A DNA stretch of 63,957 bases, filler included, from Collodictyon triciliatum (taxonomy: Eukaryota): NCBI GenBank assembly GCA_043381765.1. It is 15 parts of 15 records of this genome, joined end to end, with 100 filler letters (N's around TTAATTAATTAA, not from the genome) between each part and the next. Parts side by side here need not be neighbours in the genome. Positions count along the whole stretch, not along the records: positions 42,988 to 47,282 come from JBHJMP010006269.1; positions 47,383 to 51,677 come from JBHJMP010006270.1; positions 51,778 to 56,094 come from JBHJMP010006271.1; 12 more parts are not named here. One strand, 5' to 3'. Each line of letters begins with the position of its first letter. The first letter of the stretch is position 1. Position numbers and translations under genes: made by a program. Below are positions 42,988-54,027 of this stretch, in pieces. The notes under the pieces were generated by a model, which was not told where the DNA came from, searched no databases, and saw only the letters and a list, made by a program, of their open reading frames with translations.

Positions 42988-45900
42988 TCTCAGTCTCAGT
43001 CTCAGTCTCAGTCTCAGTCTCAGTCTCAGTCTCAGTCTCAGTCTCAGTCTCAGTCTCAGTCTCAGTCTCAGTCTCAGTCTCAGTCTAAATCCCAATCTCC
43101 CCTGCAATGTCCACCTGGCCAGGAAAATAATCCATGCGGTGATTGCGGCCCCAGTGAGCCAGAAGTTGACATCGCCCTTGAATTCACTCCATTCGCTACC
43201 GGATACGCTCAGCTGCACACCCGAAAGTTTTCAAAATGGACATATTTGAGAAACTTGACCGGAATCACAGACGCAGTCCCAACAATAGACCTGCAGGCTT
43301 CAATCTCTGGTATTTCTTCTGCTTCTATGCAACTTTCGCCTTCTAAAGTTGAGCCCTTCTCTCCAACTGGGATTACACTGCCTACAAAGATATATAGCTC
43401 GTCGCCATCACTGAGCCTTCGTGTCTGGCTCACTGGACAAAATGGAGAGACTAACAACAAAGGCGGAACCATTACCATCAGCACAGTCGAGATACCGTCC
43501 TTGATGTCTTCATGCGTATACGATGGATTGAGCCCATGTTTGGCTACTCTTACAGTTCCGGCGTCGGCCTTCACAACCACAGATACCACTATCACCCCAG
43601 TAGCATCATTCGCCACAAAGATTGTCACATTGACACCCGCCACGCTCGTCGCCTTACCCAGCTATGGGTCCAATCCATCTGCAGGAATGAAATTGCAGCT
43701 GCCACAGAAACCCAACCTGCCTTCATCCGCGTTCACATCTTTGCTGACAGCGTACACAAATGGAAGAGTGCTCGAAGGCTTCAATGTTTTGATCAATATA
43801 CCATCATCTGTGGCGTCCATCGTGAGCATCAGCGGAGATGGCAAGTTCTCGGGTGCAACAAACATCCAACACAATAGTGCATCGATTGTGTGGACACGCC
43901 AAAGTGGCGCCAGCGACTCATCTGCCACAGGAGCGGTCAACGTTGCAACAATTACATGGAAGATGAACGATTCACCCACACAGATTAGGGGTGAAGTCAG
44001 CTTTATTATCAAACAGATGACAGACGTCCAGAACATACCGATAGTCAGCGAGTCAACAAACGGTATTGTGTTTGATATAATGCAGTCAAGCGAGACAGGA
44101 TATATTGTTGTCGCTCAGGATTCTATAAGAGGGTATTTCATCACTTCTCTTCAGCAGCAAATCGCCAACACAGCCGTAATCAACAAACGCAGTGTGACCG
44201 TACCACTCAAAGTATTAGAGTTCTACGAGTTTCAAACACCAAAAGATATTACGTCACAAGCATTATGCACCAGCTCCGACCCACAAGTCGCACCCGTACA
44301 AGGCTGTAATATTGTCATGACTGGGTGTGAGACATCCGGCTCAAACTTCGTGTCGCTCTCATACAAGTCCGCAACCACTGATGTCCGCGTGTGGTATCCA
44401 GCAGCTCCTATCCATATAAGCGCCCCCGACACGATACTCAATCGAATATCCAACTTGAAGACCGCTGATTGCTCTGGTTCCAGATATCAAAGCAGCAGAA
44501 TCACTGCGACTGTGTCATTTGTGAGTGGAAGTGACAGCTTCTTCGCCGATGTGTCCGAGTTGATTTCTCTAGAGGTATCTGACAGCAGCATCGTGAGCGT
44601 GAAAGATAAGACATTTATTGTCGGTATTGCTGCAGGAGTCGCTACAGTCAATGTCGCTGGATTCCCATCAAATACGCTTTCATTAATTGTGACTGACATC
44701 GAAGTCTCCGTGACGAAGCTGATGCCAATCGTGTTCACCGATGTATCGATAATTTCAGTGATGCCAAGCAGTGCATTGACACCCACATCTATCAGCAGCG
44801 TGAAGGCATCCGTGTCTCAAAATCTGGACTTTGAAGGCAAGGTGGGATATGTTGTAGTTTTTGCCTACTTTTCTGATGGCGCGCGAATGGAGATACAGGA
44901 GTCGGATGGTCTCACTATTACATCAACCAATCCTTCCATTTCGGTCATGAGCTCGCCTCCAAGAGTGATATCTGTCTCCAGCGGATGTGGATACTATGTC
45001 AATGTTCAGTGGAGCTCCTGTGGCAAGAGCCTTGGTGACGGACTCGGACTCGTCAACTTGAATCTACCCAAGATTACTCAAATAACAGTGACCGTCACAA
45101 ATACTAAAATCACGAGTGCCATTGACCCTTCTACGACCGTTGGCATACCCACGAAGAGCAATCTGAAGGTCATGTGCACGTTCGAGAATGGAAAGCAGAG
45201 TGACTACACAGTTGACTCCAGGACAAACTATGACGACATCACAGCTGATACAAGCAATATCATCCAAATTGAGACGGCAACAGTGCCATCCAGCGTCACA
45301 GAGGTCTATGTGGTTGCGACAGGCAATGGCTTCGGAACCGCGACGATAGTAGTGACAGTCAACGGCGCACCCAATTTACAGGAAAGCGTGGACATCACCG
45401 TGATTGGATTTGCGTCACTGAGTGTCTCATCCAGTCCATATCCTACATACACAGACTCCACCAAAGTGTTGCTGACTAAGCTGACTCGCTATGTATGCAC
45501 ACAGGTCTATCAAAGAGCGACGCTGGCAATGTCCATGAGACTAACTGACAACTCCGTTCATGACATCACGTCAAAACCACTGACTGTATTCTCTGTACCC
45601 ATAAGTCAGCAAAATATTTTGGCAATCAAAGATAAAACTATCCTTGAACCGACTGGCACAAACTTCGGAGCTGCTACTATCACAGCCTCTTATGGGAATG
45701 CGTTAGCTACAATAGACATCGTGGTCTCGGACGAAACAGTAAGTGCGACATCGTTGGCAACCTTATTTCCGTCAACATACACCGGTATCATCGGAACATC
45801 AACACAAAGCATCAAAGCGACTGCTATATTTCAAGACGGAACAAAACATCCAATCGCCCACACCATCACTGGGCTATTATCTTACACCAGCGATGACCCG

Positions 45901-47282
45901 GGATCAATAGCTATCGACACCGCAGGAACAGCGACCATACAAACGAATTCGATAAGTCAAGTAAAACTGACATCATCAACATGCTATGGAGTCGTAGGAA
46001 CGTCAAGCACCTATGCCAATCTGAGTCCGGATGTCGGTGATGTCGATATTGGAAGTACAAACGGCCTTGCATTGAGCAACATTGCAGTTGGGTCCAGCCT
46101 GACAGTTCCTGTTCGTGTCAACACGGGAACAAAGGCACTTGGAAGTATCGATACTAGTCTTATCTATGACGCAGACATATTCAATGTTACTTCATACTCC
46201 ACTGGAAGCGGCTGGCCAGGCGGACAACTAGAGATTACCTTGAACGACCCACCAGGGGTCATTCGTATTGTAGGCGCGACAAGTCCAACCAGCAACTCAA
46301 AGGGAACACTAGAGGTTGTCAAGCTAGTCATCAGAAGCAAACAGAATGGGCTATCATATTTTGCTGGCTTCATCACCAAGATGCTAGCTAACGATGCAAC
46401 GTCTTCATCTATTGGAAGCACACTTGTGCAAGGTCAGACAAGAGCGATAGTAGCTGGTAACGCCCCAGTAAAAAGCGGAACGGGAATCAATTTGAGAGGT
46501 TCTTCGAGGAAGGGAATGTATTTGGATGCGAGACAACAACATACTGCAGCCATACAACAAGCCGGTAGAACATCACAGACATGCAATCCAGCTAGTATTC
46601 TTGGAAATACGGACGGAGACTGCGAATTCTCAGTCGGCGATGTCCAGTTTACATTAAGGTATCTTGCTGTCCTAGTCACTGCATCATTACAGCCATACCA
46701 ACTGCAATACTTGGATGCGGACAGAAATGGAGAAATTCAAGTTCAAGACGCGATATACTTGATTAGAGTGTTGGCAAACAAATGGCGATTCTTCAATGTC
46801 CGCACCATTGAGCCGACCAGCTCCAGTTCCTATCTCCAAGTTTCTATAGACTCACAGACGGCTGATATGGCGTACTCGTCGGCAAAAACGTTATATGACA
46901 TACTTTTCCTGACAACATTGAACACAGATATGACCATTATATTTGGGACAAACAAACAAGCGTTTGCTGACGGATTTCAAGTATCAAGCAAAGACTTAAA
47001 CAATGGAACATTCACTGTCGTTGGAGACGTATACAACTCTGAACTAATTGGCATGTCGATCCATCTAAAGACATATGACAGCTTTGGGCAATCATCCAAC
47101 GACCGAGACGTGACATTCTATCAAGGAGTGGGAGGTACTTACATTAGTTTTGCAACAATAAACGCAAAGTTTGACTCCACTCCATCCAAATCTCAATCTC
47201 AGTCACAATCCCAATCCCAATCCCAATCCCAATCCCAATCCCAATCCCAATCCCAATCCCAATCCCAATCCCAATCCCAATC
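42988..47282 (+). CDS. Large intronless TMEM132-like extracellular protein: cohesin-like domain, tandem Ig-like (BIG) domains, second cohesin, dockerin; (SQ)n repeats at both contig ends; partial at both ends
   Basis: One open frame across the whole contig (>1400 codons). TMEM132-type motifs IANTAVINKRSVTVPLKV, DITSQALCTSSDPQV and VWYPAAPIHISAPDTILNRI..C..SRYQ; cohesin-like VGSSLTVPVRVNTGTKALGSIDTSLIYD (~46080-46395); dockerin-like GNTDGDCEFSVGDVQFTLRYL..DADRNGEIQVQDAIYLIRVL (~46597-46780). Confidence 0.8.
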
Positions 47283-47382
47283 NNNNNNNNNNNNNNNNNN
47301 NNNNNNNNNNNNNNNNNNNNNNNNNNTTAATTAATTAANNNNNNNNNNNNNNNNNNNNNNNNNNNNNNNNNNNNNNNNNNNN

Positions 47383-47447
<65 letters not shown>

Positions 47448-47848
47448 AAACAAATTAAAGGGGAGAATAAAATAAAAGAGAAATTAGATCTAGTTGTACC
47501 TGGGGTTTAAGGGGGAAAAAATGTACAAAAAGAAGGAAAGAAAGAATATGTGGGAATAGTTGTTTTGCTCGTGGCAGTTTGATGGATGGTCAACTTTTTT
47601 ATTCTTGGGTGAGTAGATCGAGAAGGAAAAGGTGCCAAACCTCAAAGACGTGAGAGGGTTTCTCGGTTGTGGTAGCATAACGGGGTTTCAAATAGACATG
47701 CACAACCGCTGATTGGATGGGCAATAAAGACTTATGGCTTTTTCATTTATTTAAAAATCCAGAAATGCAAAACAATTTGTGGAAAATATATTACACACAC
47801 TCGCATAATTTAATGATGTTTTATTTACTACAAGGATGAGTATACCAT

Positions 47849-47955
47849 TCTTTCGATTAGTAAACTGGTTCGCTAGTACCGAGGGTCTCATCACTTCTTT
47901 CACAAAGGCCGTGTAGTGGTGAAAGGTGTCAGGAAAGACCCAACGACCTGTTTTT
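47849..47955 (-). ncRNA. Candidate Fanzor omegaRNA (fRNA) scaffold; homolog at 31022-31130
   Basis: Sequence at and beyond the Fanzor 3' end is conserved between both copies, with nested inverted repeats GGGTCT(47883-88)/AGACCC(47936-41) and CTTTCAC(47897-903)/GTGAAAG(47919-25). The position matches known Fanzor omegaRNAs. Confidence 0.55.
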
Positions 47956-47959
47956 TTTT

Positions 47960-49840
47960 CTTTTAGGAATGGTGTACGCATATTTTGAAGGATTAAAAGA
48001 ACTTTTTTGAGTATATTATTAGCGCTGTTAAAGTCCCTTGTCAAGAATACACTTTGCTTTCTGAGCGATGACATTCTTTACATACGAGGCATCCATACTT
48101 TTTTTTTTTGAATTTCCTTTCAGTGTCATATGTTCCAGTTCTTTTTCGCAGCTACAGCTCATCTTGGAGGTTCTAAAGTCATCTACACTAGCTGCTTCAA
48201 AACGTTTGGATAGTATTTTTCGTAATCCTCTTCCGATTGTTGCCATAAAATGGTTCATCGGAGATTTTCTGCTCCAGCCTCCATACGCAAGTACAGCATC
48301 CTCGCCAAATGTCTTTTTGATTCGGTCCATAAACAACTGTCCACTTCTTATTGCATTAACATACTGTCTCCATCTCATCTTTCGAAAAGTTACTTGTTTA
48401 TAAAATCTGGATAGTTCTATCTGGTATCTTGATTTCATAGATACATATTCTCGAAATTTTTCATAATCGACTGTGCTTGAATTATGTTTACTCAGTTCTG
48501 TCTCTAAATCGATGAAAGATAATCTTGGTGTCTCAAACTGCTGATTCTCTTCAAAGGTTACATAACCAAAAGAAATAGCACTTTGTAAAACTGTTGACAT
48601 ACATATCCCTGAAAAATTGTACTTTTTTTCTCGCGCAAGAGCATTTTGTGATTTTTAAGAGATTTGCTAACATGTCTTCTTTGGTGTGCCGTGTAACGTA
48701 ATTTCTTACTGTCTCATCCACCATGTAAACCAAATTAAACTTGCCTGCGTCCACTCCAACTACTATTTTTTTCCGCTAATGAAGATATCTGCTCTTCTGA
48801 AAGTTCATCTATATAAACATATTCTGGAGTCTTTTAGTTATTTTTGGATTTCGAATTTGAAGTACCTTTCTTCTCAAACAATAATGACACTGCCAACCCG
48901 TCTGTTTGTATCATGTATTTAAAATTGTAGTCTGCTTGATGAAAGACCATCTTCTTCATTTCAAAGGAATCATCCCTTAGTGTCTCTTTGCATCCTGATA
49001 TATTATTCAGGAATGATATTTTTCCCAGTTGATACTAATAGATATATCAAACATGCAGTATCTTGAGTAACATGACATGGTATATTGGCAGTTCTTTTAG
49101 AGGTTGGTTGAAAAAGTGTGGCTCCAATGTCCTCAAAAATGGGATTCATGTAAATCAGACATGGAATGTAATTGTTTGAATTGACTTTGATGTCATATTC
49201 GATACCTTTTACAATATCGCTGGGAATGATACCATGCAAATGCGTTATAGTCCATCTTTATATTGCTATGGTATTTCGAGATTCTTGAAGATGGCTTTTT
49301 TTAACTTTCGTAACTCTGCCCTTTTGATGGCTTCCGCAAGCTTCTTCATCTTTAGGAACTGTTTGATTTATAAAGCGCAGTAACCTCTTTACAAAATGCT
49401 TCTTAATGTTATTATGATAAGCTGTTAACATTTGCTTCAACAAGTACAGTAGTACATGAGACAGTCTAACCAACGGAAAGCGTTCTTTTTAAGACAAAAG
49501 GAATCGAAAATCATTGAGATAAAAATTCATCATATCCTAACTCATATCTGGATGTTTTAAACTTGCGTGTCTATCTTGTGAACCTGCTCCGACTGTCTTC
49601 AAAGCGTACAAAAAAAAAATACATTTCATCGGTTGCTGGGAGTGATTGTGATTTCAATATGTAACATCTCGCAAACAGATAAGTGCCGGTAACCAAATTA
49701 TGACACAATAAAACCGTATCGTTGATTTTTTAATAGTCATCCGCATTCCTTATAATCGACTTTAGAGATGTTTCTACATTTTGATAGTCTGGTTTTACAG
49801 ATTTTAGATTCTCAGACTCAAGACGTTTTCTTTTCTTCAT
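47960..49840 (-). pseudogene. Full-length but decayed Fanzor1 gene (many stops and frameshifts)
   Basis: In order: MKKRKR..YQNVETSLKSIIR; QMLTAYHNNIKKHFVKRLLRFIN; YDIKVNSNNYIPCLIYMN..LFQP..RTANIPCHVTQDT; VVGVDAGKFNLVYMVD (RuvC-I Asp); FRKMRWRQYVN; AYGGWS; VDDFRTSKMSCSC; FLTRDFNSANNIL (RuvC-III Asp). Confidence 0.92.
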
Positions 49841-50559
49841 CTGAAAGTCTTTGTTTTATTTTTTGCTTCAGAAAACTGCCGAGTTTTCAATTTTAATAAA
49901 ACTTTAGTCCATCAAATAAAAAAAAAACTGCACAAAATCAATGAATGTAAAATTAAGCATCTGTCGAGACTCTCAAAATGTGCGCTTTGTGGCAAACAAA
50001 CACACAAATGTTTTTTATAAGTGATTTGAGAGAAAACGCTGAGCCGATTCGGCGAGTTCGAAAGGACGGCCGTACAGCCATGGCGACTAAAAGCCAACAT
50101 ATCGGCCCCAAACAAAATGGTCACCGCCGCAAGTATGGATAGTACGCTTTTTTGAAATGCATGTTTGGTGGCAGGTTTATAGGGCGGGTTCTGTCTGGGC
50201 CAAGGCAACAGCTTGTTTGTAATTTTGGATTTTAGTGACAATATTACATAATGGAAAATAAAATATAAATTAATTTAAAGAATAAAGTGAGATTTAACAT
50301 TTTTAACTTTAGTATATTACTAATAATACTATTATATTATTCAGGTTGTTTCTTGGATTCATCAAAGCTCCTGCTTTCGTCAACCCAGATTTTATTTAAT
50401 GGTTGTCTGTGCAATAAATTGCTATACATGGGTGCACTTTCGTTGTATAATGAGTGTTGTGCCTGGAAGGGACAAAACCAAGTTCGTCACAACCTTTGCA
50501 ATGAATTTTATCCATTTACAGGCTGAATGAGACCGAAGGAAAAAAAAGGAAAAAAGAAA

Positions 50560-51320
50560 CAGATGAACGAATCAGAGCAACCAATACTGAGTATCATATT
50601 CATACTTATCTTGCTACCCGTGAGTCGATAGCCAGAGCTTGAGGTCTTTTTAAACCCTCTCGTCAGTAGTTTCATGTTCTCTTCGATTCCTTGCGCGAAC
50701 AGCTGGGCCATTGAGCCTTTCATCTCTTTGCTGGAATATCTCCCATAGCCGTCTTTGTCTATCGTAAACCCGCATCTTTGCTAGTATGCCTCTTCTTTCT
50801 TCAGGGCGTTTGCTGCGTCGGCCTTCTCGGTTAGCCCCTTTAGATCGCTTGCTTGATTTTCCGGATTTGGATTTACAGATTTGGAATTTAGGTGTATTTG
50901 GATTTGGACTTTGGGCGTCGGCTGGGCTCGAACATCCTGATATAGAAACGAACAAACAAACAAACAAACAAAACAAACAAACAAACAAACAAACAAACAA
51001 ACAAACAAACAAACAAACAAACAAACAAACCCTCTGAATTTATGGTATGGAAAACCACCAAAGAATAATACGCCTCCAACTTCGGCGAAATGTACTTGTT
51101 GCGAGGAAATAACTTCGGTAAACGCTCGTTGGGACATTTGCCAACTCCAATCACGTTTTTTTTCTCTGAGCTCAGATTCAGTAATGATCATTGTCGCGGA
51201 CACAGAAAACATCGGACACGTCGACTTGCCGAAAGGACAGTGCGATCGAGTTCCCTCTTTTATTCAATTGTTTACTATGCTCAGCCCTTATTAGATTACC
51301 AGAAGTCTTGTCTGAAGCCC
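50560..51320 (-). pseudogene. Unidentified, intron-containing, degraded partner gene upstream of Fanzor (same orientation)
   Basis: AG acceptors near 51320 and 50938, and the peptide PENQASDLKGLTEKADAANALKKEEAY*..EMKGSMAQLFAQGIEENMKLL. The xADAAN motif recurs in copies 1 and 3. Confidence 0.45.
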
Positions 51321-51902
51321 CTAACAAAAAAACAAACAAAACTATGATGTGTGGTATTAATATCACATGATAATAATTAAAAAAATATTATTATGAGAAA
51401 GAGAGAAGAAAAAAATTAGTGACACTTCTCGTTTTTTATTTCTTTTGGATTCGATCCATAGTTTTGTTGATCATAGATGTTTGTGACACACTCATTCTTG
51501 AATAAAAAAATAATAATCTGTTATCCGCACATATGTATATACAATACCCTCAGCAAACTGATCTTTCTATTATATCCCATTTCCTCATTTATTTGTCAAA
51601 ACAACTTCTTTACTTTTTTTTTAAAAAAAAATTAGTCCTGGAACAAACAAACAAACACACACACACACACACACACANNNNNNNNNNNNNNNNNNNNNNN
51701 NNNNNNNNNNNNNNNNNNNNNTTAATTAATTAANNNNNNNNNNNNNNNNNNNNNNNNNNNNNNNNNNNNNNNNNNNNGTTTCTCAAAGTCCATTGTCAGG
51801 AGATCTGCGTAGTTGCCGCGGGCTAGGCGGCCGGTTGGGGCTGCGTAGATGCCCGACTGGATGTTGGGACTGGCTGCAACCTGCGTTGGTGGAGGGTTTG
51901 TG

Positions 51903-52675
51903 TCAGGTAAGTCTGTTAGTTTTTCTAGCTCCACTTGCGGTATCGACCTAAGGTTATGCGAATTGTGTCCTGTGTTGTGCATGTGGGGGTTGGGGGTGGA
52001 TGTGTGCTTACGGGGTCGTAGAGCTGCAGCTTTCTGAGGGCGTCGGCAAAGTTCAGTGTCATACCACCGAGTTTATCTGTGTTGTTCCAGCAGGGGAGAT
52101 TTGAGATGCCACGCGGGGCTCTCTTTATGGTTTGTGTGCCCTCCCATTCGATGAGTAGTCTTTTCAGATTTGTGAGGGCTGTGATCTGTGCTGGGAGCTC
52201 CTCCATCTGCGTGTATCGTTGTCAGTCACTTTTTTTTAAACATAAATAGTAATATAATATATGAATAAAATCATACCGGATTTCCGCATACAGAAAGTAC
52301 ACTGAGACCAGTCAAACACGATATTTGTGCAGGTAGTGATGACAACTGATTGCCACCAACAGAAAGTAATGTGAGACCAGTCAAACACGATATTTGTGCA
52401 GGTAGTGATGACAGCTTATTGGCATAAACATAAAGTACAATGAGGCCAGTCAAACACGATATTTGTGCAGGTAGTGATGACAGCTGATTGCGATCAAGAT
52501 CCAATCGTTTCAGACCAGTCAACAGAAAAACACCAGGCGGCACAGATGACAGACTCCTGTTATTGAGATTCAGATATGTGGATCCTTTCAGAGCGGCAAT
52601 ATCAGGTTTCCCAGAGAGAATCCGGACTTCTTCCATCAGTGCATCCACTTGGGCAGGTGTGAGATAGTCGGACAT
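51903..52675 (-). CDS. Short leucine-rich repeat protein (23-aa LRRs); exon limits at both ends uncertain
   Basis: Repeats LSSLPAQISCLTGLxxLxVxxNx on 69-nt units; a GT-AG intron 52276-52207 joins MEELPAQITALTNLKRL. Confidence 0.85.
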
Positions 52676-53458
52676 CTGGACAGATTCCGGCTGTATATAT
52701 GGATAGACTGGCTATGTGTCAATACAATACACATCATTTATTTGTTTTATGGGTGGACTTTACAATCACACAGGACAGAATCACTCGAGTCAGGACGGTA
52801 GGGTTGTGCACACGGAGATCAGAAAGTACTTTGTGAATAAAAAAAGAAAAAGCGAGGATTTCGACAAGACGACATTAAATATCCCGCAAAGGCCGGCGGA
52901 TTTTTCAGAGAAGACGACTTGTGCAGAACTTGTGTGCTTGTGCTTCCTTGGAAATTCACCGGTTCGGGGTTGGCCACAGCCAAGGTTGACCTCTTGCATC
53001 GAAAGTCTTGGGAATAGCCGGGTGCTTGTCGCGTGCGTCACCGGGCGTCACCAAACACCTGGGAATTGCCATATGGTTGGGAATACTGGGGGTGGCCACA
53101 TGAGTCGCGTTGGTGCGGAGGAGTTGCTGCATGTTCGTGGGTTTCCTGAATCACCTGCATGGATGCGTCTCTTTGTGCTAAGTCTGGCGTCGCTGCGGTT
53201 GGAGAGTGGCCGAAATTCTGCAATCAGAAACTGGAGAATGCACATTGGAAAATGGGTTGTCGAGAATTTATTATGGGTTCTTTGGTTATTGAAATGCTGA
53301 AAAAATGCTCAAGTGTTTCAAATTGTTGTAATGATAATGGAGAAAATAAGAGATTCTCTTAATGATAAAAAATGGTTGTTTATGGGATACTCACCTGAAG
53401 TTCTTCGCGTCTGCACGTGGACAGGAATATGTTGTGTCTCGTGTCCGCGATTCGACTT

Positions 53459-54027
53459 TGTTGCTCAATAAACAGGGAATTGGGCTTCGAATTTTCCCCA
53501 TAACTGACACATAATGCTATATTATGACAAGGAAAATTCAATTATTGTGCTTTATGCATGAATAAACCTTTCTTTGTGTATGAATTATAATAAAAAAAAA
53601 CATCGACTAATGTATAGAGGAAAAAAACAGAGTGCTCGAAGTAGAGAGATGATAAAAAAACATCTGATTGCTTAAGACTTACAGTTTTCGCATTCGGGCA
53701 TAGTGGAGAGCCTTGCTGACTTTGCGTGTGTGAAGCAGACTTCGTTGTTGCTCAATATAAAGGGCATTGGGCTTCGAATATTCCACATATCTGACACATA
53801 TCGCACTATTTACACAAGAAAAATTCAATTTTTATGCTCTATGCATGAATAAGCCTTCAATACGGATTATGACAAAAACAACATCGACTAATTGTATGCA
53901 AGTACAATGCAAGGTGCTCGAAGCGAAGATAAAAAAATAGAATAACTGATTGCTTAAGACTTACGGCTTTCGTATCCGGGCATAATGCAGAGCCTTGCGG
54001 GTCTTGCGTGTGTGAAGCAGACTTCGT
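53459..54027. repeat. Diverged ~290-bp tandem duplication
   Basis: TGTTGCTCAATA..ATTGGGCTTCGAAT..CTGACACATA..ATGCATGAATAA..AACATCGACTAAT..GTGCTCGAAG..CTGATTGCTTAAGACTTAC occurs twice, from ~53459 and from ~53746. Confidence 0.88.

Larger units (their letters stand above)
47800..51320 (-). mobile_element. Fanzor-associated element, copy 2 (longest copy: partner gene + Fanzor + conserved 3' tail); ends not precisely defined
   Basis: Homology to copy 1 on both sides of the Fanzor gene and to 25485-26180. Confidence 0.75.

Noticed and set aside
47897-47942. Shared short words (CACAAAGGC, AAGACCCA) between the Fanzor 3' tail and the minisatellite unit
   Set aside because: 8-9-nt matches in a different order are consistent with chance.
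52308-52482. Mini-CRISPR (37-nt repeats with 32-nt spacers)
   Set aside because: The 69-nt period is in frame and encodes canonical 23-aa LRRs.
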